From Candidatus Saccharimonadota bacterium (lineage in GTDB: Bacteria > Patescibacteriota > Saccharimonadia > Saccharimonadales > Saccharimonadaceae): DNA of 46,790 nucleotides. The position numbers and the translations under genes are program-made. The stretch is taken from assembly GCA_037140095.1 (NCBI GenBank), contig JBAXFD010000001.1:1-46790 (forward strand), given 5' to 3'. Positions 41,427 to 46,790 of the stretch are shown here, in pieces; position 1 is the stretch's first letter, and each line of letters begins with the position of its first letter. The notes under the pieces are model-generated. The model worked only from the letters and a program-made list of their open reading frames with translations, did no database searches and was not told the DNA's origin.

Positions 41427-41915
41427 TTAAATACTTTTTTCCATTTCCAGCTCGCCTACTAGCGAGCTGTTTTTAATTTCTGAAAATCCAATTTTTTTGT
41501 ATAAATTAATAGCTATCGTGTTTTCGTTCAATACGCTAAGGTAGATTTTTCTGACGCTATGGTTTGTTTTGGCATAATCCATAATAAAATCCATAGATTT
41601 TTTTCCGATACCCTTACCCTTGGCGGCATCATTCAAAACTATGAATACTTCGCCGGTTTTAAATGTTGGGTCTATGTTCATCAAGCCAACCATGCCGCAT
41701 GGTTCACCATTGTTATAGACTATGAAAAAATATTTGGTTTTTTCAGTTTCATATTTTTTAAACCACTCTATATTATCAGATGGGGATATTTTATTGTCTA
41801 ATCCAATTAGCTCACAGTTTTTGCCATCATTAACAATCGTGGCTCTATATTGAATATTGCCTTCATTTAGGGGCTCGAATTTTAGTAAGTTGTTATAGTC
41901 TGTTCTGTCATTCAT
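41427..41915 (-). CDS. GNAT family N-acetyltransferase
   Basis: ...LNDAAKGKGIGKKSMDFIMDYA... (acetyl-CoA binding motif A). Confidence 0.8.
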   Translation of the reverse strand: MNDRTDYNNLLKFEPLNEGNIQYRATIVNDGKNCELIGLDNKISPSDNIEWFKKYETEKTKYFFIVYNNGEPCGMVGLMNIDPTFKTGEVFIVLNDAAKGKGIGKKSMDFIMDYAKTNHSVRKIYLSVLNENTIAINLYKKIGFSEIKNSSLVGELEMEKSI

Positions 41916-41965
41916 AGATTAAGTCTATACCATTTTTGGATTTAATGCGCTATAGCAGGTAAAGG

Positions 41966-42187
41966 TTATCCGCCGCTAACCAGACCAACGATTTGAAAGA
42001 TTAGAATAATCACGAATATCACGATGCCGGATGTAATTAGAACTGGTTTTATAATTTTTTTGCGTTCGAACCAAAATTGCCCGATGGCTGATCGCTGGAC
42101 GGCTGCAATACGGGTAATAATCGGTTTGGTTATCGCCGCATCAACGCCAGTGTAAACCTTGTTTCGTTTTTTCTTATTCTTGCTCAT
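41966..42187 (-). CDS. small basic membrane protein
   Basis: MSKNKKKRNKVYTG... with a C-terminal TM helix. TGTTATAAT lies 6 nt upstream of ATG 42187. The track ORF extends to 42283. Confidence 0.5.
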   Translation of the reverse strand: MSKNKKKRNKVYTGVDAAITKPIITRIAAVQRSAIGQFWFERKKIIKPVLITSGIVIFVIILIFQIVGLVSGG

Positions 42188-42193
42188 AGTTAC

Positions 42194-42202
42194 ATTATAA
42201 CA
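42194..42202 (-). promoter_or_regulatory. extended -10 box TGTTATAAT, 6 nt upstream of ATG 42187 (leaderless-type)
   Basis: Reverse complement of attataaca. The same box and upstream A-tract module occur at murB. Confidence 0.45.
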
Positions 42203-42213
42203 TCTGGGGTACA

Positions 42214-42258
42214 AGTAGATTATAGATTTTGGATTTTGGATTTTAGAATAAATCTCAA
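42214..42258. repeat. phased A/T-tract module, copy 2
   Basis: agtagattatagattttggattttggattttagaataaatctca; compare 2893-2935. Confidence 0.5.
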
Positions 42259-42276
42259 AAATAATCATTAGGGTAT

Positions 42277-42310
42277 AAAACAACCCCGCTGTTTAGGGCG
42301 GGGTTGTTTT
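42277..42310. terminator. rho-independent terminator (bidirectional hairpin)
   Basis: AAAACAACCCCGC-tgtttagg-GCGGGGTTGTTTT, downstream of the LPXTG gene. Confidence 0.7.
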
Positions 42311-42346
42311 GTCTGAATCACTTCAGAAGGAGCGGTCAGACTCGTG

Positions 42347-43564
42347 TTATTTTTTCAACGACACACGACGGCTGGTAACGAAGTAAACGATACCAGTAAT
42401 CAATGCACCAAGACCCAATAATGCGGCGATGTTCTCGCCAGGACCAGTGTATGGAAGTTTACCTGGGGTTACCGGGGGAACGACTGGAGGAACAACTGGT
42501 GTACATACTTTTGGGACAGTAACAACGGCGGTATCTTCACGAGTGACGTTACCGGTTGTGACTGCAGCTTTGTTGGTTAGGGTATTAACACCACAATTTT
42601 TTAGATCGTTGTTTTTGGCAACTCGCGCGCTAAATATAACTTTAGCATTTGCGCCAGGAGCATATGAACCGATGTTTATACCAATACCATTTGCAATGTT
42701 ATCGCTGGCAGGGGTACCCGTTGGGTGGTTGCCGTTGCGGTAACTGGTCGAATGCATTTCGTAAGTTTGGCCAGCAGGTAATGTGTCACGAACAGTGACG
42801 TTATCTTGCTGTACTTGGCCTATGTTTTTGTATTCAATCATGTAATCAACTAATTCACCTGGTTGGGCTGTGTAGTTTTCTACCCATTGATTCAAGCCGT
42901 GTTTACTGACAGTTTTGCTGACAGTAAAGTTTGAAGTTTTGGTAAACTGAGGCTTAACAGTAAAGGAAACATATCCAGCGTAATAAATACAACCTGGGAT
43001 TTTGCCGCCTTGTAAATTGTCAAAACCGATTCGTGCACCAGTACTGGTGAAAATGCTTTCAGGTAATGGTGTACCATCTGTAAAGTGGTTATTTCGGTAT
43101 TTCAAACTGTTATCAACATATGACAAGTTGAATTCCGTGCTGCCGTTGAAAGTAGCATGGTCATAAACTTCGTTAGGTGTTGCGTTAGTTGAATTCAAAA
43201 AACCGTTTACTTGGATAGATTTTGCTGTGTTGGTTGGCAGGTTGAACCTAGCCGTTACGTTTTCAGCTACCAATTTTAATTTGGATTCTGCGTCGTTATG
43301 AACATACATACGAACGTCGTAGCTTTTACCTTCAGCGACAGTCATATTGTCCGTCCATAGGCCATTTGTACCAGTTTCTCGGATACCAACGAAATTTCGT
43401 TCGTCACCACCGATGTTTGGGTTGTCTGTTATTGAGTTAAATGTTATATGGTTGGCTGGTATTTCCATCGTGAATGTATCACGACTAGGTCCCCAGGCTA
43501 ACAATGTTGCCGGGATGATAATTGCTAATGCAATCATCACCACAAGGGCGATTAATTTTTTCAT
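42347..43564 (-). CDS. LPXTG-anchored surface protein with DUF11-type repeat domain
   Basis: Signal/TM N-terminus, ...PGELVDYMIEYKNIGQVQQDNVTVRDTLPAG... (DUF11-like), and C-terminal LPYTGPG plus a hydrophobic stretch plus RRVSLKK. GGAG SD before ATG 43564. Confidence 0.75.
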   Translation of the reverse strand: MKKLIALVVMIALAIIIPATLLAWGPSRDTFTMEIPANHITFNSITDNPNIGGDERNFVGIRETGTNGLWTDNMTVAEGKSYDVRMYVHNDAESKLKLVAENVTARFNLPTNTAKSIQVNGFLNSTNATPNEVYDHATFNGSTEFNLSYVDNSLKYRNNHFTDGTPLPESIFTSTGARIGFDNLQGGKIPGCIYYAGYVSFTVKPQFTKTSNFTVSKTVSKHGLNQWVENYTAQPGELVDYMIEYKNIGQVQQDNVTVRDTLPAGQTYEMHSTSYRNGNHPTGTPASDNIANGIGINIGSYAPGANAKVIFSARVAKNNDLKNCGVNTLTNKAAVTTGNVTREDTAVVTVPKVCTPVVPPVVPPVTPGKLPYTGPGENIAALLGLGALITGIVYFVTSRRVSLKK

Positions 43565-43729
43565 TATATAATTCTCCATTCTTGGCTAATCTCGCAGATT
43601 CGGCCAAAGTTAATCCGCCGAAACTTTTTTGCAAAAGTTTAGGAGGACAAGTTAATAGTTTCTAGTTTAGGATCCACCGACATTTCATAGAAATTTTGGT
43701 GGACAGGTCTTGGTGCCGTGTTGTTAAAT

Positions 43730-43765
43730 GTTACAAATCAGATCATTACAATGTGCACATCCTCC
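43730..43765 (+). repeat. conserved ~35-nt motif, copy A (inverted relative to copies B and C)
   Basis: GTTACAAATCAGATCATTACAATGTGCACATCCTCC. Confidence 0.6.
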
Positions 43766-43898
43766 ATTTTTTAGAATGGTTACGAGGATATTAATCAACT
43801 TGGAAAGGATGTTTTTCATTGTATAGGTTGCCTAGGAAGGGCGGCGGGATAAACCGCCACCCAACATAAACATATTGGATTGAGGCAGTCCTTTGTGG

Positions 43899-44966
43899 TT
43901 AGACTGTCCCGGTATTCACGTTGCCCGTGCCTTCACCAGGTTCTGGTGATGGGATTGGGGCTGGTGTTGTTTTTGGTACCTGTGTGCCTTTCGGTACTGG
44001 AGTTATAACCACAACCTTTGGAGTTGGGTCGACTCGAGGTACCGACGTTGTATCCGCCATTTTGTCTTTCGGGATAGCTTTTCCTGGTCCTTTGGTGTCA
44101 TTTTTACCGCCGATGCTGTCCATTATCTTTTTGACTAAGGCAGCCGGATCCTTGGAAGGATCTTTTGGGCTAGGTAAAACTAACTGTAAATTGCCGCATG
44201 GACCTCTAAAGCACAGAACTGCACCGCTACTAGGTGATGCAAAGAACGTTAGCATCTCTCCTGGGTAGCCTTTTCGCACTCCGGAATATGTTACTATCCC
44301 ATTGTGTATCGAGGTGTTCCCAGCATAGTAGAATACTATCGTTGATTGCCCGCTGCTCCAATTGGAAGCGTCCGCCATTTCTGACTTCGTGCTTCTTGCT
44401 AGGATCAGCGATGCGTTTAGTGCCGCTGTGCCATTTGGTGATCTACCAAACAAAAAGTTGATAGATTCTGACGGTGTTCTAGTCCCACTGTACGTGTAAC
44501 TTCCATGGCCAGCCTTTGACTTATCTTTCGATATGTCGATATCTTTGCCTTTTTTTAGGTCCTTGTCTTTCCAGCCTTTTTTCTTTAACGCGTTATCAAT
44601 CTTTTTCTGGATTTCTGGTTTTGTTGTAGGGGCTAGAGTTGGGGCTGGGGTCGCAGTAGGCGTAGTTGTTGGTGCTGGAGTTGCTGTCGACGCTAGCGTC
44701 GGTTCAGCTGTTGCTGTGGGCGCAGTTGTTGGTTCCGGAGTCGCTGTCGGTGCTGGTTTCGGCAAATACATTATTATCACTATTATCAATGCCAAAACAA
44801 ACAGTGGGATCAATACTTTTAACGACTTGTTGTCATTAACTATCTGCCTTGATGTCACTGATACATTCCGTAACCAATCACGTAACCAATCAAAATTAAT
44901 ATTTTTGAATGGCTTAATTAACACTTTCCAAAACTTTTCAAAATCTTGCAAAAATCTATTCATCAT
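43899..44966 (-). CDS. membrane-anchored Pro/Thr/Ala-rich surface protein
   Basis: AGGAGGAATT-ATGATG at 44966, TM helix VLIPLFVLALIIVIIMYL, and a PTATPEPTTAPTATAEPT... linker. The track start 45104 is unlikely. Confidence 0.6.
   Translation of the reverse strand: MMNRFLQDFEKFWKVLIKPFKNINFDWLRDWLRNVSVTSRQIVNDNKSLKVLIPLFVLALIIVIIMYLPKPAPTATPEPTTAPTATAEPTLASTATPAPTTTPTATPAPTLAPTTKPEIQKKIDNALKKKGWKDKDLKKGKDIDISKDKSKAGHGSYTYSGTRTPSESINFLFGRSPNGTAALNASLILARSTKSEMADASNWSSGQSTIVFYYAGNTSIHNGIVTYSGVRKGYPGEMLTFFASPSSGAVLCFRGPCGNLQLVLPSPKDPSKDPAALVKKIMDSIGGKNDTKGPGKAIPKDKMADTTSVPRVDPTPKVVVITPVPKGTQVPKTTPAPIPSPEPGEGTGNVNTGTV
44625..44765. repeat. imperfect tandem repeat encoding the Pro/Thr/Ala-rich linker
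   Basis: Repeated units of the type GTTGTTGGTGCTGGAGTTGCTGTCG... on the plus strand. This explains the Gly/Val/Ala-rich antisense track ORF 44533..45015. Confidence 0.5.
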
Positions 44967-45040
44967 AATTCCTCCTAATAATATATATTTTTTGCTTGTG
45001 CGTTTACCACCATAATCGCACGGCCTCCAAATATAAAATC

Positions 45041-45091
45041 TCAGAGGCAGCACACCGGGTTGGAATGTCCAGTCCAGGGTGCTGTCTCTGA
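45041..45091 (-). other. 13-bp stem-loop in the ~190-nt leader of gene 43899..44966
   Basis: TCAGAGGCAGCAC ... GTGCTGTCTCTGA (one G-U), with an inner TGGA/TCCA stem. Confidence 0.4.
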
Positions 45092-45162
45092 AAGAGGTGA
45101 TCAAAATAGATAAATGTAGAGAAAGTCCACTAATTTAACCTATACAATTACATATCTTTTCA

Positions 45163-45201
45163 GATGTGCACTGTAATGATCTGACTTGTTAACGATCCTC
45201 C
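45163..45201 (-). repeat. conserved ~35-nt motif, copy B
   Basis: Plus strand: GATGTGCACTGTAATGATCTGACTTGTTAACGATCCTCC. It matches the reverse complement of copy A with a 2-nt indel. Confidence 0.6.
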
Positions 45202-45312
45202 GCTATCCTAGGTCCTCACACCTTGGACAACTGATAGATTCAATATACCACAAACACGTTAAAAAGTCAATATAATACAGCATATTATCATGATAAGCAC
45301 AAGCAAAATAAA

Positions 45313-45333
45313 TAGAGCCCCAGAGGGGCTCTA
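45313..45333 (-). terminator. rho-independent terminator
   Basis: TAGAGCCCC-aga-GGGGCTCTA, then a T-rich run on the minus strand, 10 nt after the stop of gene 45344..45670. Confidence 0.65.
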
Positions 45334-45343
45334 TCCGTTTAGA

Positions 45344-45670
45344 TCAGATGATTTTGGGTAAACCCAAGATTGTTGCTGCTACCGCTCCTAGGGTAACTGC
45401 CATAAATATGGCTGTTACATAGGTTAGATTGCGACTGCAGGTATTCTGCACCAGGATGTCTTCGTCCTCATCGCTAGGCAAGTCAAATTCATCTTTCAAT
45501 GAGATAGCCGCTGTTTCGGCGGCTTTTTTTAGGTTCATACCTTTTGACATATTATGTCGGACGTAGGTATAACCTTTTTTTACAATCTGTCCTAGGTCTT
45601 TTCGATCTTTGATCGTGGGCCCCAGGGATTTTTTAATAGCATTTACGATACTGTTCTTTGAAACAAACAT
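45344..45670 (-). CDS. tail-anchored small membrane protein (hypothetical)
   Basis: AAAGAGGAGG SD and a C-terminal TM helix VTAIFMAVTLGAVAATILGL. Confidence 0.5.
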   Translation of the reverse strand: MFVSKNSIVNAIKKSLGPTIKDRKDLGQIVKKGYTYVRHNMSKGMNLKKAAETAAISLKDEFDLPSDEDEDILVQNTCSRNLTYVTAIFMAVTLGAVAATILGLPKII

Positions 45671-46011
45671 TTTAATTCCTCCTCTTTATTCTTGGTTTTT
45701 CATATCTTTTAACATACAAGCTGTCCAAAAAATCCGGGGCAGCCGTTAAATAATCTAAAATCTAGATTAATTAGCGCGCTGCCTCTGATAGGGGGAGGCA
45801 AATCATCTGATTTATTAAACGTCTTCGTTCGTATCTGGTGGTTAAACCCAACACGATTGATAATTCACATTATAGCATAACCAGTCTATAAAGTCAAGTT
45901 GTATGTATTAAAAATCAATTCATTACAAAAGCGTGCGTCTGTACAGTTGGGTAGTACCCAGGGGCCAATTGGCCCCAGTTGTAGTTTGACCCCGTTTATA
46001 GGTGCCGTTTT

Positions 46012-46254
46012 TTAGCCCTGGGCGAATATGAAAACCGGCAAGGATGTGACTACCAATAAGGCTATCGCGATTCCTGTCACGGCTAACTTATTCTTGGATA
46101 GCCCATGGAATAGGTTTTCCTTTACGGGCTTGGTTCTCGTCGTTTTGATGAGACCTAGCAGTTTACTGTCGTCAAAGTGGTGGCCGATGGCTTGTAGCCC
46201 GGCTTTTAGTCCCATTTCATGGGGCTGGTCTGTTGTACTAGCTAATTGGTACAT
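46012..46254 (-). CDS. tail-anchored small membrane protein (hypothetical)
   Basis: AAAGGAGG SD and a C-terminal TM helix LAVTGIAIALLVVTSLPVFIF. Confidence 0.45.
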   Translation of the reverse strand: MYQLASTTDQPHEMGLKAGLQAIGHHFDDSKLLGLIKTTRTKPVKENLFHGLSKNKLAVTGIAIALLVVTSLPVFIFAQG

Positions 46255-46351
46255 TTGAGTAGTCCTCCTTTGTTTTTACGCATCTGTTAGAAAGCATATA
46301 TGTGACAGTCCGTTGGCTAAAAATATGGCTAATCGCCAAGGTTTTTTAGAC

Positions 46352-46385
46352 ACACGCTGTAATGATCTGACTTTTAATGATCGTC
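46352..46385 (-). repeat. conserved ~35-nt motif, copy C
   Basis: Plus strand: ACACGCTGTAATGATCTGACTTTTAATGATCGTC. It is in direct orientation with copy B. Confidence 0.55.
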
Positions 46386-46500
46386 TATTGATTCGAGGCG
46401 GTTGCATCTAGCAATATATAAGTAGATTATAACATGCTGATGGATATAATGCAACATTTTTGGCTAAAGATGAAAAACTCTAGTCAAAAGAGAGTTTTTT

Positions 46501-46509
46501 TGGTACAAT
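46501..46509 (+). promoter_or_regulatory. extended -10 box TGGTACAAT upstream of the tRNA-Glu copies
   Basis: tggtacaat lies 22 nt before the first tRNA-Glu-like 5' end. Confidence 0.4.
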
Positions 46510-46531
46510 CATCTGGCAATTGCATTGGCAT

Positions 46532-46590
46532 GGTCTCATCGTCTAACGGTTAGGACACCAGGTTTTCATCCTGGCAACCCGGGTGAGAAC
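46532..46590 (+). pseudogene. tRNA-Glu(TTC)-like copy lacking T-loop and 3' T-stem (12-nt deletion-like)
   Basis: The first 53 nt are identical to the copy starting at 46736. After CCGGGT it continues GAGAAC, which can pair with the 5' acceptor strand GGTCTCA (6 of 7). Confidence 0.5.
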
Positions 46591-46735
46591 TGTAAGTCTA
46601 CAGTTCGCAAGGCCGGAAGCTGGATGACAATTTATTGTCACCAACTGAGGCGGGGTCGAGAAAAATTCGGAACGAATTTTATCGTGACCGATTCCCTGTG
46701 CGGAATTGAACCACAGCATACTGCAATACAGGTAC

Positions 46736-46790
46736 GGTCTCATCGTCTAACGGTTAGGACACCAGGTTTTCATCCTGGCAACCCGGGTTC
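46736..46790 (+). tRNA. tRNA-Glu (anticodon TTC), 5' 55 nt only (truncated by window edge)
   Basis: GGTCTCA-TC-GTC-TAACGGTTA-GGAC-A-CCAGG-TTTTCAT-CCTGG-CAAC-CCGGG-TTC... The window ends in the T-loop. Confidence 0.7.

Noticed and set aside
44533-45015. 160-aa Gly/Val/Ala-rich plus-strand ORF, plus ORFs at 43921..44268, 44234..44461 and 42429..42743.
   Set aside because: These are the complement of the Pro/Thr/Ala-rich repeat and other parts of minus-strand surface-protein genes. The low-complexity mirror-image composition marks them as an artefact.
43730-45201. Integron attC / gene-cassette interpretation of the conserved 35-nt motifs.
   Set aside because: The motifs do not fit the RYYYAAC/GTTRRRY core sites, and no integron integrase is nearby. 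The cassettes would include their own promoters and leaders.
46585-46735. The idea that the first tRNA-Glu copy carries an intron in the T-loop, or that the spacer is a hammerhead-type ribozyme.
   Set aside because: No 3' exon (TCGAATCCCGG-TGAGACC) follows the spacer. Its CTGAGGC does not match the CUGAnGA hammerhead core. Track ORF 46543..46743 (minus) is simply antisense to these RNAs.

Overview
This is a 46.8-kb AT-rich bacterial window, read with the standard genetic code. All protein calls are by-eye motif recognition on the supplied ORF track; no searches were run.

The gene content includes three type IV pilin genes, murB, uppP, phosphoketolase, folD, an LPXTG/DUF11 surface protein, many short hypothetical genes and many leaderless-type promoters. 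That would fit a small Gram-positive-like genome such as a Patescibacteria/CPR (Saccharibacteria-like) organism, but this is inference only.

Left to right:
1. A pilin operon and murB.
2. tRNA-Arg(TCG) with a palindromic terminator and an inverted tRNA 3' remnant, then uppP.
3. A putative ~11-kb integrative element (about 5.6-16.5 kb) ending in tRNA-Lys(CTT). It carries a large serine recombinase, a type III R-M system (mod/res), a stand-alone FtsK-gamma wHTH protein, a HEPN-motif protein, an XRE regulator and hypothetical genes.
4. Core metabolism: histidine phosphatase, phosphoketolase, folD.
5. The most unusual part: a tightly packed minus-strand operon (28779 down to 20564). It encodes a receiver domain, a LOG/SLOG-like protein, two Gre/Rnk-like factors flanking an NDK-like protein, and an adenylate-kinase-like protein. 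These are followed by an embedded non-decoding tRNA-like element, an unknown protein, a DUF2156 (aminoacyl-tRNA-transferase-fold) protein, a DegT-type aminotransferase, a kinase::GTP-cyclohydrolase-II fusion and a YjjX-like NTPase.
6. Two radical SAM/SPASM loci, each next to a short peptide ORF missing from the track (candidate RiPP precursors), plus two HExxH proteins.
7. An ODC-like decarboxylase, an unknown protein and a second DUF2156 protein, then an orphan sensor kinase.
8. Monocistronic surface/membrane protein genes with long leaders that share a ~35-nt motif.
9. A tRNA-Glu copy lacking its T-arm, plus the start of an intact tRNA-Glu at the window edge.

A ~150-bp MITE/REP-like repeat family occurs at five or more intergenic sites. 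No rRNA genes and no CRISPR array were seen.
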